Made by a program: the position numbers and the translations under genes. The notes under the pieces were generated by a model. The model made no database searches and had not been told where the DNA came from. It saw nothing but the letters and a program-made list of their open reading frames with translations. From Octopus vulgaris (taxonomy: Eukaryota), in the NCBI GenBank assembly GCA_951406725.2, contig OX597824.1:40424001-40488000 (forward strand): a DNA stretch of 64,000 nt. The letters are read 5' to 3'. Shown in pieces: positions 26,791-40,424 of this stretch. Numbering within the stretch: position 1 is the first letter of the stretch; the number at the start of each line of letters is the position of its first letter.

Positions 26791-28811
26791 TTATTATTGA
26801 GTGAAAGAGTAGCTCATGCCCTCAAAATGACATTAGGGTACAAATATACGAAGCCCGATATACCTATCATGACTCCCCATCTGATAAAGATATACCAGGT
26901 ACATATATCACAATATTATATGCATGACATGGTTATCTCATATCAACATAAACAGTACTTGACCTTGCAGGTAGCCCCCCCCCCCGGGTTAGAATTTTCT
27001 TCAGGTCAAGTAGCCCATCCTGCTCTATAAGTCCCTGAATAAGGGAACTATAGAATGAAACACCCATGTATCCAGAGGTGAATTATTCAAACCTCAAAGT
27101 ATCCCTCTCAACACATGGCTATTATGCTCCCCCACTTCTCCTGCTCATGATTAGAGATGTATATATCAGCTGCTAAAGGACATGCTCAACTGGTTATGGT
27201 CAAACAACTGTCAAGCAAATATGTGGTATTGAGCAAAATATTTATGTAGCCCATCTTTTATAACAAGACAAAACATGTACATAATAATATTTCCAATCAG
27301 TTAAGATAAGAAGCCATGAGAGCCACTGTCTGGTACTTCATCAGGGCATTTATTGTAATTTAAAAAGGTATTACAAAAGGAGAAAGGGGCTCTCTACCCC
27401 CCTTTTGACCAGGCTCTCATGGCTTTTATGGGTTTTTTCACCAGGAACCTTTCGTAACACCTCTCCCTATTGGGAGTTTTTCGTTGTTACACTGTTTTTA
27501 CACGTTTTTTTTTACAAACTGACAAAACCCTTTGTAACTTTCGTCCTCTGTTTTGTCCCTATATGTTATAATTAATTTTTGTCAGCCCTTGTGGCCAATA
27601 AAAGAATTAATTATTATTATTATTATTAGCAAATAAATGAAATCATTATTATTGCCCTGGTGACAAAAAAAAAAGAAATCATTATATAAAATCACAATAT
27701 CTTCTTCAAAATGAACGAGAAAAAATTAATTACTTTCTCCACACACACTTTGCAATGGAAATAAAAAAAAAATGCCACTTGTATTTAAATGTAATTTTAA
27801 TACTTTTTATCTTTTTGTGTTTTCAGTCTCAAATTATGTTAAATATATTTTTTCTAATTAGTGATGTAATCAATACTGTTAATAGGTTCTCAATCATTTT
27901 TTTCTCTTCCTTCAGCTGTTTCCACTATAAATTTTACCACATTGATGTTTTATTATTTTTTAAACTCACCATTTCACTTTGATTTTTTTTTTTTTTTTTG
28001 TTTTAAATATTTCAATAAAATCGAGGTTTTAGTTTGCTTTCAAGCACTGCCTTGGTGATAGCATCTGATGTTTATTCTTTGGAAGTATGCGTGTATTCTA
28101 TTTCAAATCCTCTTGGATTTAATTTTGGAACCATAGCTGTTCAATAAAAGATGAATTTATGTGACATATTATTCTAAAGAGTATTAACCCTTTTGATACC
28201 AACCTGCTGAGGCAGACCCTAGTTCTATGCTCCAAACTTCCAGTTTTTAGATGATCTAAATTTAACTTTTTTATCAAAATTTCTTATTAATTTATGTCTC
28301 AAATGCCAGCTTAGTTATTTTACTAAATTCTCTAATTTGTTTGAAAATTAATTAAAACAGAAGCAATGTGTGTCAGTGAGGAATTAGTAACCAGATTGTA
28401 TATTGGACATGTCTTAAGTTTCTTCTAATTTATCATGATTGGCTACATTATATAGTATTATAACACTTACTATGTCATAAAATCATTACGATTGCTACAT
28501 TATTTACCCTACTTATGGTATAGCTACATTAATTACCCTGCTTATAATGCAGCCACATTAGCTATCCCATTACATGGTGTAGCTTTATATAATAAAGCTA
28601 TACAATGTATTTGGATAGATTGATGATGAAAGGAAGGATAAGGATATTTCCAACAGATTTAGGTCAAGATTTAGAAGACTAGAAACATTTAGTAGGGTGT
28701 AATTTGAGAAAGGTTTTGCTGTTATTTCCTGCTGGTCAAACTACCACAAAGTGATACTAGACACACTACTATTCTAACCCATGCCAGTATAAAAGATTAG
28801 CATAATAAATG

Positions 28812-29058
28812 TTCCTTCTCTAGCCATGCCAGGCTCATAAGGGTCGGTTTCCCAGTTTCAGTGGCATAGAAATTCCCCACCTGGACGGGACGCCGGTCTG
28901 TCACAGGATTACTCATTTTTGCCAGCTGAGAGAACTGGAGCAACGTGAAAATGAAGTGTTTTGCTCAAGAACACAACACATCAACCAGTCCAGGAATCGA
29001 AACCACAACCTTGCAATCATGCGTTCAACACCCCTAACCACTAAGCCACGTGCCGCCG
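28812..29058 (-). mobile_element. tRNA-derived SINE (family C, V-domain-like)
   Basis: Minus strand ggcacgtggcttagtggttagg...gttcttgagcaaaacacttca...cgtcccgtccaggtgggg; relatives at about 535-790, 12314-12535, 36727-37050 and 47843-48120. Confidence 0.7.
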
Positions 29059-29179
29059 CTCATTAGCATAATAAATGATGATGATGACAATAACCATTGT
29101 TTAAATATAATCCGTAATGAACAAGTGCATGAGTAGTGCACAATGTGAGCAATACTTTAAGAATAGTATATATATATAT

Positions 29180-29635
29180 AGGCACAGGTGTGGCTGTGTA
29201 GTAAGTAGTTTGCTTCCCAACTACAAAGTTCTGGGCTCAGTCCTACTGCATGGCATCTTGGGCAAGTGTTTTCTGTAGCCTTGGGCCAACCAAAGCCTTG
29301 TGAGTGGATTTGGTAGACAGAAAATGAAAGAATCCTATTGTGTATGTATATATATATATATGTTTTTTTCTAATTTTTTATATATATATGTATGTATATA
29401 TCTTTGTGTGTATGTCTTTGTGTCTGTGCTTGTCTCCCCATCATTGCTTGACAATTGGTGTTGTTGTGTTTATGTCTCCCGTAACTTAGTAGTTTGGCAA
29501 AAGAGACTGATAGAATAAGTGCTAGGCTGAAAAAAATAAGTCCTGGAGTAGATTTGTTTAACTAAAAACTCTTCAAGGTGGTGTTGCAGCATGGCCACAG
29601 TCAAATGACTGAAACAAGTAAAAGAATAAAAGAAT
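29180..29635 (+). mobile_element. SINE family A
   Basis: Full-length diverged copy. Confidence 0.8.
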
Positions 29636-29638
29636 ATA

Positions 29639-29700
<62 letters not shown>

Positions 29701-29860
29701 TACCATGTTGTTACTTAGTCCCAGATCAACTGTGATCAAGCAGGCCTATGATCAAAGATGCCCTTGTTTTGTTGATCCCATCTTTTTGTATATCTAGGTC
29801 CTGCATTAGTCAATATGTCCTGCCTCTTTTTAAGTTAGCAAACTTAGTTGATGCACGTGA

Positions 29861-29916
<56 letters not shown>

Positions 29917-32897
29917 AACAGTTCTGTTAAGACTGAAGAATTTTCTATCTCTGAAACGGAAAGTCTGTAATTTGGATATGCAATTGATTGTATGATTATA
30001 TAAAGAACATGTCGTGTGTATGAAAAATTACCATAAAAGAATGATTGGCATGAATATTAACTTGTACCAGAGAATGAATGATAATAATATACTTGAGAGT
30101 AATAATCCATTCTTGGTAAGGAAAAATACAGTATGCAACATAAAAAAAAAAACAACTTAACAAACCATTCCTAAATAGTGACTAGTTTCTATAGATTTCT
30201 TTTAGAATTAACTAATCAGTTTGTCTAAAGACATTGCCAAGTATAATCACAGACAGCATTTTTAGAAATCCACAGTCAAAGAAATAAAGACTGATCTAAA
30301 CATATATCAATTGTGACAGGTAAACTAGATCAGTTCTGAACTTCATACAGAACTGTTACTGTGATTGGAGGATTTCTAAAAATAGTTCAATTAAGCTAAA
30401 TTGTTGTGAGGAATGGAAATTAAATTGTTTGGATCTCTGATAGTCTTTCATCTGAGAATAGGAAAGTTTGAGAAAATGCTATGGCTGTAAACTAGTTTGA
30501 TAACTCTTTTGCTAGCTTACAACCAAAATGACAGTAGTAGTTTCACTCTCTCTCTCTCATTTTCAGATGAGAGGCAAAAATTTTTCTTATATGTTAGATT
30601 CCTCCCTTATTATGGTAATTCAACTCTTCAGACTCTTCTACAAACTCTCTTGTAGACTTTCTGTTTCCACTGCAAACCAACACTAGTTTCTTAAGGTTCT
30701 GTATTTTATTCTTTTATCACATATTCTGTTAGCCAGTAGAACTTGGTTCTAATCTTACTATGGGATACTGAAGAATAGATCAATGCCACCATATTGTTGT
30801 AGTTTAACCTGATATCAACATGATCAAGGAGACCTATGATGAAGTTATTCCATCCATAATATTCCCATCTTTTATTCAGCTATAGTGTATCTAGGACTAT
30901 ATCATCCAGTCTGGCCAATTTTTTTATATAATAAGATCTGCAATATTTATTGGGTGGATGCTATAGAGAATTGATGTATTTAAACCAGAAACAGTTTCCT
31001 GATTAACATAACACTTCATTTTTATAATTATCTGGGTTAACATAGTTTTTAAATTGATTTATTTTATATTAATTCAATTTAAATTAATTATATATCACAA
31101 TTATATAATTATACATTTAATGATATTTATCTTAATGAAACAGCTGTTGAACACAAAGTGTGAACTATATATGAAATTTATGCTTTTTTGGTTTCATTCT
31201 AAGGTGAATGCTTATAGAGTAAAACTGAACCCCAAATTCTGGACACAATTTTTGCTTTTTATTGTACACATAAACACACACATATACACTTCACTGATTC
31301 TAAATGCTCCTGGAAAAGGTACATATATTGCAGCTTTTCATTTTCTCTGTACTAATAATTGAAGGCATCATATGTCTGTCTTAAAGAAGGCCAATAGAAA
31401 ACCACTCCAATGAACTATCCTGAAAGAGGTTCCAAGATACACTACCAAAATAGTTATACCTATACTTACTCAGTTGTTTGTAAGTAGATAAGTAGCTATG
31501 AGGTTAAAGAGGCTGGACTAATGAATTTATGGCCTTTTTAGCCATTGAACTGAGCTCTGATCAAGGGCTATAACTCTGCTTGCTTTGGAATGCCTTGACT
31601 GCAAACACAAAACAGATAACACACATTACATGATTGATTGGTTGGCAAAAGGAAAGGCATCTTGCTGTCAGTACAATTATTCCAAACTACTACCCCACTG
31701 TCGGATCTAAACAAAATTGATTGGCACAGAATCTACTCCACTTCTGCATTTCTCACCAACTGTAGAGGAATACTGAATTGCAGTTAACCCTCCATTTATT
31801 ACTGGTACGTTTGCTAAGCTCTACAACATTCAAAGTATCGTTGATGTTGGCATTCAACAGCTGTTTAATATTTAACTTCCTGTATGACACAGAACTGCAT
31901 TAGTCAGCCAGTTTTGAAATATATATGATCTCATAAGAATCATACTAACTCTGTTTACATTCATTTTGAAGAAAGGGAGAAACTTTCTAATATAAGAGAA
32001 AAAAACTTTCATCTATTCCATGATCTATTTTCCTTCTATAAACAGAATCCTTACAGGATTAGAACATTTTTCAATGGGTTAATTTAGCTTTGAAAAGTTG
32101 TTGATGTCAGCCTTCAATAGTTGTTGCTAATGCTAGCCTTCAATGGATGGCATTCAACAGATGTCAGTGTTATCATTCAGTTCTTGTTAGCATTTGGTAA
32201 CATAAAAAGAAATGGTGATGATGATGATATGTGTATCAGATACTTGAGGTTTTGAGTTTATGGTTGAATGTGACTTGTGAATGTAAAGATAGGAAAGCCC
32301 TCTTTATCGATGCTTCTTTACATGTTCTATGATTTTGTGATTCTAGTTTCCTTAGTTAAGATCACCAAATCCTCATCTAATTTTGCCTTTCTTATTCTCA
32401 TTTGTTCTGTCCTCAGTTTATAATATCTTAAGTGCAATTTTTTTTATATGTGTGTGCATATACACATATGTTTGTGCATACATACACAAATGCACATATC
32501 AGTTCATAATGTTTTAATTACAATTCTTTTATATATGTATGTGTATTTATACAATAATGTATATACTCAAACACACACATACACTTTCATGCTTAAATTT
32601 CTTTTATTTTTGTTTATGTACATTTTCAAGCAAAAAAAAATGCCTAACAAACCCAAACAAAATCAATAAATCACATCATGTTACTTGAATTATTCTGAAA
32701 TTTCCAGACAATAATTCTTTGGATTTTGTAATTAAAAACTAGCTCTCCTAATCATTATTTCATTTGGTTGAGATATTTTTAGCTTTGCTTTTAACTGATA
32801 AATTGTGAAATCATGTTATTCAAAATCTTATTCTTCAAACATGTTTTCCCATTAATTGTTCATTATTGACAATATGCATTTTTTTTTAATTTTTCAG

Positions 32898-32991
32898 ATT
32901 TTTTATCCTAAAAGATGGTTACTTGCTATATTATCCAGAGAATGAAAAGAAAGAGATTGATAAGCGACAACACCTAAACATACATCCAAAG
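32898..32991 (+). CDS. PLEKHD1: PLEKHD1-like coding exon (PH domain, first exon seen in window)
   Basis: Acceptor ttttcag|A and donor AAG|gtaatg; 94 nt; translates (R)FFILKDGYLLYYPENEKKEIDKRQHLNIHPK, recognisably like PLEKHD1 RFFIIKESFLLYY...FNIHPK. Confidence 0.92.
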
Positions 32992-33773
32992 GTAATGATG
33001 GTTTCTGGTTTTCTTTCAACAACCTGTCATACAAAAGATAAGCTACTTTCATTAATTACTAATTAAACTTTAATTACATAATTACTGCAAAGCAATTCTG
33101 TTTTCTATTCAATTTTATACTCAGCCCAACATTTATACCTAAAATTTTTTTAAATGGGATGGTTTTGGGTGGAAGATCTTTTGAACATAGATTTGCGGGA
33201 TTAAATCTGATCTGGAGTTAAACAACAAGGACAATTACAGCGACACATGCCAAACAATGCAATAGTAATACAGTAATTGTGACATATAAAACTATATTAA
33301 GCGTGCACTCCATCACACACTGTTAGAAAATCAGAACAAATATTTGTCCAAGTGAAACAAAAGGAAAGATTTCTATAAATATTTGGCCAATATTTGAATA
33401 TATTTTACATTACAAACTATTATAGTCATTATAATCAGAAAGAAGTCATTGTTATGTTTATTGTTTATTGTATGTATGAAGGTATTTCTGTTGCAATTCG
33501 GTATTTTAAAATAGTTTTCTTTAGACTGTTATTTTACTAAACATGATATGTTGAGTACAGCTCTCTTCTGTACTTAATACCTTAAAAACTGAAAAATAAT
33601 TTTCTTTAGTATATGCACAGGCATGGCTGTGTAGTTAAGATGGTCACTTCCTAACTATGTGGTTTCAGGTTCATTCCCATTGCATAGCATCTTGAGCAAG
33701 TGTCTTCTACTATAGTCTTATGTCAATCAAAACCTTATAAGTGGATTTGGTAGACAGAAACTGAAGGAAGCCC

Positions 33774-33815
<42 letters not shown>

Positions 33816-34719
33816 GGGGAGGGTACCCAAAAGAAACTGGAATTTTGCAATATTATTTTATCTATTTAGTTTTACATGTTTACACTTTTGTCACCTTCAA
33901 AGTATTCTCCATTTGAAGCAATACATCGGTTCAGACATATTTTCCTCTGTTTGAAGCAGTCTTGGAACTCATGCAGAGTATTGCCTTTTGACACATCCAT
34001 CCTTTTTTCCTTCACCTCTTCCACATCTGCAAATTCCATAGTACCAACTTTAGTTACCAGTGATCACCTTTAAAAAAAAGTACAGATCAACTTCCAACTG
34101 CTCTTTCAGTTCAAAACACACATTCAATCATGACTGCTTTTGATCTTCCGTGAGCAAGTGAGGCATAAATTTTGCTGCAACTTTTTTCATTCACAATTCT
34201 TCACTCAAAATTCGTTGGCAGGAGTTCCAGGACACACCAGTCATATCAACAAGTTTGTCAGTTGTTCAGTGAGTCATCCAAGAACAGTTCATAAATTCTT
34301 ATGATGTTTTCATTTATTCAGGAGATTGACGGTCGTCCTGAACAAGGTTGGTCTTCAAGTGACAAGCGACCATTCCTAAAGCATGGAAACAACTCGTAAA
34401 CTTGTGTTTCGCTCATGGTAGAGACCTTGTAAGCTGTTTGAAGTATAAAAACTGTTTCAGCCACCATTTTCCTCAGCAGAAAACAAAATTTCACAGAATC
34501 ATGCAGTTCCTGCATTTCAGCCTTCGCAAAAATCGACAAATGGAAGAGGAACACTGCAAAACAAAGACACACCATGTGGCAGTACGACATCAGTTGATGA
34601 TGCTGGTTGGCAGACTGATGCCCAAGGATCACATCAAGTGGCTTCTAATGATGGAAGACTGAACTACAATGGGTTTGTCCCACAAAGAATTTTTGCAGTT
34701 ACTTTTGGGTACCCTCTCG
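33816..34719 (-). mobile_element. Mariner (Tc1/mariner) internally deleted element
   Basis: TIRs gagggtacccaaaag.aactg at both ends, TA flanks; minus-strand KFCFLL..AETV..LQTAYK...TQVYE.F..FRNGRLSLEDQP.SGRPS is a mariner transposase N-terminus. Confidence 0.85.
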
Positions 34720-34732
34720 TATATTGTGTGTG

Positions 34733-35244
34733 TACCTAAATCCTCAAGTATAGTCCACCCTTGAGTGTAATACGTAGGGGATTTTTAGGGAGTTGTACCT
34801 CTGAAAAACCTAAACCTTGTGTATAATACACACCCCTTCTCTAACTTGAGTCATGCGTAGTTAAGCCAGAAGCACCTAGTCAAACAAACACTTCAGCGCA
34901 TGCGTAATACAATAATGGTGATGTTCTTAACTGTTACATGGGAATGTAAATATGTTTGCAAATTGTTTTTGTTACATGTTATTCTGTGTTCTGAATACTT
35001 TTATTTTAATAAATGTTGCTAACTGCAAGTTATAGATGATTCTTTAATGACTTCATTGCTTTCAGGCTTAGCTTAAGATATTTTCGCACCCAACATCACA
35101 AAATGCATCTGAATAAACATTTAGAGACTTGGACATTGCTTAGAAAATACTTTTGATTTTGAACCTCGTATATAGTATGTACTAGGAATTTTGACCTTTA
35201 AATTTTGGGGAAAAAATGCAGATTATACTCGAGGATTTACGGTA
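34733..35244. mobile_element. Tc1/pogo-type MITE
   Basis: Left tacctaaatcctcaagtatagtc versus right gattatactcgaggatttacggta (inverted), with TA ends. Confidence 0.65.
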
Positions 35245-37697
35245 TTTGCATCTGCATTTCTTGAGAAAATCACTCAGCTATGTTACTGTTATTGTCCCTT
35301 TCAAAGGGTCGTTTGCTGGCTTTATACCTTCAAAGATACATGGAATAAGATGTCCTTTACTTACAAAGCAGGTAAGGGTTGGTAACAAAAAGGACATTTG
35401 GCTGCAAAACCACACCTCAGTAATATGTTCTTCCAAGACAGCAATTTGGCAGAATTGTTAGCATGTCTGGTAAAATGCTTAGTGCCATTTTGTCTGTTTT
35501 TATGTTCTGAGTTCAATTTCCACCATGGTCAGCTTTGCCTTTCATCCTTTTGAGGTCGATAAAATAAGTACCAATTAAGCACTGGGATCGATGTAATTGA
35601 TTTATCCCCTCCCCTGAAATTACTAGCTTTGTGCTAAAATTTGAAATCATTATTATTATTATTACTAGCTGGGCCCGTGAAACATTCACTGAAAACATTA
35701 AAAAAATGTAAGCACCTGTAAATTGTGTACCTTTGCCATGAGAAATGTTTCTATATTGTGACAGTTACAGAATATAGAAAAAAGTGTAACACTGATAACT
35801 ATATAATCCAACCAAAATATCTTAGTTACACAAACATAAACAGAATTACTATTTAGCCTTAATATACATCGTACACATTCAAAGAACCTTCTTGGTTTAG
35901 TGGTACAGAATGTTCTGGTATTCTTTTATTCTTTTACTTGTTTCAGTCATTTGATGGTGGCCATGCTGGAGCACCACCCTTTAATTGAAGAAATTGACCC
36001 CTGGACTTATTCCCTGTAAGCCTGGTGCTTATTCTATCAGTTTCTGCTGCCAGACAGTTACAGGGATGTAAACACACCAACATCGGTTGTCAAGTAATGG
36101 GGGGGGGGGCAAACACAGACACAAAACCACACACACACATATGACAGGCTTCTTTCAGTTTCCATCTACCAAATTCACTCATGAGGCTTTGGTTGGTCTG
36201 AGGCTATTGTAGAAGACCCTCTTTAAAGTATAGAGTTGAATTTGTGTAGCCACCTGTTGGCAACTTTTCTCCCCCACCCATTTTGTAGGGGGTATTACCC
36301 ATTTTTCTGGGCTCTTTTCACAGTTATAATTTGCATTAGTTTTTGTATAAAAAAAAAAAGGAAGGGAGGCAAGCTTGTTTGTATTTTGTAGAGAAAACGT
36401 TTAATGTGCCTGAAAGAAAAAACATGATCTTACCCCCAACTAAAAGAAATGAAAAACTATGAAAGAAGGCGAATAAACACCAGGGAATCAGGGAAAGAAG
36501 AGAGAACTAATACTTGATTGTTCTAGAGCTTCCAGAATAAAAACGTAAACACCTGAAAGTCTTTCCCTCTATTCATTACTAAATACCTTCCCTCTTCATT
36601 GTTAAAAGTAAAGAAGCTAGAAAAGAATGATCATATTTCAATCTAATTGTCATTGTAAATGACTGATGCTTTCCTTTCTCTGTCTCTATCGCTTCACTCT
36701 TTTTTCTTTCTACGGTTAAGAGAGTGAAGGTGCATGGCTCAGTGGTTAGGGGTATTCAACCCACAATTGTAAGGTCATAAGTACGATTCCCTGCGGCACG
36801 CTGTTCTTAAGCAAGGTACTCTACTTCACCTTGCTGCAGTCCATTCAGCTGGCAAAGATGAGTTGTAGCTGTAATTCAAAGGAGCCTGCCTTGTCACATT
36901 CTGAGTGAGGCTTAATATCCCAGAGAACTACCTTAACTGTCCTATGGTATGCATGTCTGTGGAATACTCAGCCACTTGCTCGTTAATTTTACAAGCAGAC
37001 TGTTCCATTGATCAGATCAACAGGAACCTCGTCGTCGTAACCGACAGTGCCATTTTCTATAAAGAGTGAAAGTAAAGGAAATGTTCCATATCATAAAGCA
37101 AAAATGTCATGTGCTTAGTATAAGCAGTGAAAGCTAAGACGAAATAATTGCTATTCTGTTGGGTATTTTGCCCTTGACTCAATCTCAGTTTAATAACAAC
37201 AGCCTGTCCATCGGTGTTTATCTGGGGGCTTGGCCTCCAGATCTGTGAGATCCACAAATGCCACTGTTAGGACCGAATTAACACCCATAGCGACCCTAAT
37301 GACTAAAAAGATTTTCCTGCCCCTATATAGGATCTTTTTTCGTTTTCTTCCAACCACTTGAAGGTTTATCTTGCTCCAGTCCACTCAGCTGGCCAAAATG
37401 AGATGTAGATGTGATTGAAAGGGGTCAGCCTTGTCATATTCTGTGTGAGGTTGAATCTCCCTGAGAACTGCATCAATGGTATGCAGGTCTGTGGAGTATT
37501 CAGCCACTTGCAAGTTAATTTTATCCTCATAAGGTAATGAAAAGTGAAAGTGACATCCAATATTTGCTGTAGTTGTCTTTGATTTAACAATGTGTTTATA
37601 TGTCTATGTATCAACTTTCTTTTGATCTATGTATTTACTCTCTCTCTCTCTCTCTCACTTATATATTTTTGATTTATCTCTGTCATTTTAATTGCAG

Positions 37698-37787
37698 GGT
37701 ATCGTCCCCTTAGGTGACTGTCAGGTGAATGCCACTCAAGATCCATCGCATCAATTTGCTTTCATTGTCAGCAGTGCACAAATAAAT
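37698..37787 (+). CDS. PLEKHD1: PLEKHD1-like coding exon (PH domain)
   Basis: ttgcag|GGT...AAT|gtaagt; 90 nt, phase 0-0; GIVPLGDCQVNATQDPSHQFAFIVSSAQIN (cf. GVIPLGGC). Confidence 0.92.
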
Positions 37788-38299
37788 GTAAGTTGGTTCT
37801 TTATCATTATTGTTGTTGCTGTTATTTAACCACAGGTCGGCCCTGACTCAACAGATCAAAGAAAGTTCAGCCATGACTATCTGAATTTGTTTTCCTTTTG
37901 TTTTTGTTTTTTAGTTGACCCTTTCAACATACTATGCCAGTAGTTCTCATACAGGTGCTGTACCATGCTATTGTATTACAAGGGGTATTTAGCTACCATG
38001 GATTTCTAAAAATATGATTGGTGGATGAGTGAGCAGAAATATGGAGTTGTGAGATTCTTTCAGTCATGATAAGAATATGCTTACTTCACATGCTCTAGTG
38101 ACACTGAAAATGTACCCAGAAGACTTGGTAAAGTGGTTGGTGTTAGGCATGGCTCCGATCATAGAAACGAAGCTGAAATGAAATGCAAGATGAAGTTTTT
38201 GCAACCTATGTATATGAGCAGACCCCTCTAACCCATGTCAACACTGACAACAAAAGTAAAATGATGATGAAATAGAAATTTTTCAAGTATAGCAGTAAT

Positions 38300-38935
38300 A
38301 CAGGCATGGCCGTGGCACAGGCATGGCCATGGCACAGGCATGGCCGTGGCACAGGCATGACCGTGGCACAGGCATGGCCGTGGCACAGGCATGGCCATGG
38401 CACAGGCATGGCCATGGAACAGGCATGGCCGTGGCACAGGCATGGCCGTGGAACAGGTACGACAACAGTATAGGCATAGCTATGGTACAAGCACAGCTGT
38501 GATACAGGCATAGGTGAATTATAAGTATGGCTGTGGCACAAGCATGTCTGTGGTACAAGCATAGCTGTGGCACAGGCATGGCTGCAGTATAAGCATGACC
38601 ATAGTACAAGCATAGCCAGAGTAGAAACATGGCTGTGCTTCTACTATGAAGGCAGCGAGCTGGCAGAAACTTTAGCACGCTGGGCGAAATGCTTATCAGT
38701 ATTTCGTCTGCCGTTACGTTCTGAGTTCATATTCCACCAAAGCTGACTTTGCCTTTCATCCTTTCGGGGTCGATAAATTAAGTACCAGTTACGCACTGGA
38801 GTCGATGTAATCAACTTAACTACAAGCATGCCCATGGCACAGGTATGGCTGCACTATAGGCATGGCTGTGCTACAAGCATGACCATAGTACAAGCATAGC
38901 TGTGGTACAGGTTTGGCCATGATACAAGAATGACT
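38300..38935 (+). repeat. 17-bp minisatellite (caggcatggccgtggca) interrupted by a family B SINE (38649-38820)
   Basis: Near-perfect units at 38301-38458, degenerating downstream. Confidence 0.88.
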
Positions 38936-39679
38936 ATGTGGTTAAGAAGTTCATTTCTCACCTACATAATTTTAGCTCCAGTCCCTTAAGCAACAAGTGT
39001 TCTACTATAGCTTCAGGTTAACAAAATCTGTAAGAAATCCATCATATGTGTGTGTGTGTGTGTGTGATTATTTACATTATCCTAAAATCACTGTGCTGCA
39101 AATGGTGATGTCATTTCTGCAGGTAACAAGTCATCCTCTGGATTTGCACTTTTGAAGACAGGTCAAAAAAGAATATCTCTTACTTGAGAAACAAATAAAG
39201 GTTAGTCACAGGTGTGGCATCTAGCTGAAAACAATGTCTGAATAATATATTTATTTGCTCCATGCCAGCAGAGAAAAAAAGAAAAGACATAAGACCAAGA
39301 AATTAATTTAAGGCTTCAATGAAGCCTATATAAATACTTGAGCTTCTTGGAAAATACGTTATTCATAATTTTATTAAACATAGATAAATTAACAAAACAA
39401 GATAAACAAGAGTTTCTATATTCTATTCTAAAATTTTACCTTTGAGACTAGTTTGTTTCTTTTTACTTTCAATGCGATATGCACTAGTAACTTTTGGTTT
39501 TCAAAGTGAAATGCTTCAGTAATCTTTCGCTTTCAATTCAAAATGTATGAGTAACTTACTTGGTCTTGAATGCGTCACAAAATAATAAAAATAAAAAGGT
39601 TAAGAATCTTATTACCTTTTACTTGTTTCAGTTATTGGGGTTTTATTTAAGTTTCATTTAAGTGAATCGACTCCAGTGC

Positions 39680-40060
39680 TGAAAAAGCAAACTAATTTTG
39701 TTTAACAATTGAAGATGTTTTCTTTCTGGAACAGAATGGCATCTTTTTATCTTTACTCTGATCATCAAAATTAACAAATATTGTAGACCCTTGGAAACTC
39801 AAAGATTTACCATTTTATATAAAAGTCTAAATGTCTAGATTTTAAATCCCAAACATATTTTAACAAAGTTATGTTCTGTTTCCTGGCTTTTGCGGTAAAG
39901 GTGTATTTGTGTTAGTCATATCACACATTGAAAGGGTTTGTAGTTAGACTAAGATTATTTCCAACAGTTGAGTTGTTTATTGATATCTTTACACAATATA
40001 CAATAGAACTAGCTCAACAATCTCCATCTAAACGAAATAGTATTGTATTAATGAAATTAT
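39680..40060 (-). mobile_element. Penelope-like GIY-YIG endonuclease remnant
   Basis: Minus-strand LTTNPFN..Y..HKYTF......TLLKYVWDLKS....IKW.I motif, disrupted by stops. Confidence 0.5.
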
Positions 40061-40424
40061 ATTTCATCAGTGCTGTTGGCAATTGTTGAGGTTGTATGTA
40101 TTTTGCTGTTAGCTATAAATTCGCTGAAATTCTCATTAGTGGATCAGCTGGCTTTAATGAAATTTTTGTTGAATATTCTACTGTGTACATTTAACAACAG
40201 TAAAGTTTCAGCTATATTAGTACTCACATCTAAATCAAAAGAAGGATTATACTGCAGTGCATTTTCTTACCCTGTGACTCTTGGGGTTGTTTTGATTATT
40301 TGCTTTTTCATAAATATTCTTAAACCCAGTATTTCTTAAATCAATATTACTGTATTTTGCAATATTATTGAATGTTTATTGCATATGTCATATAAATGAA
40401 TGCCAATATTCTTCACAACATTGA

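Noticed and set aside
27325-27350. CTGATGA on the minus strand as a hammerhead core
   Set aside because: No stem II followed by GAAA; it lies in a LINE-like repeat segment.
29925-29975. Possible hammerhead (CTGAAGA...GAAAC)
   Set aside because: No convincing stem II and no NUH triplet in register.
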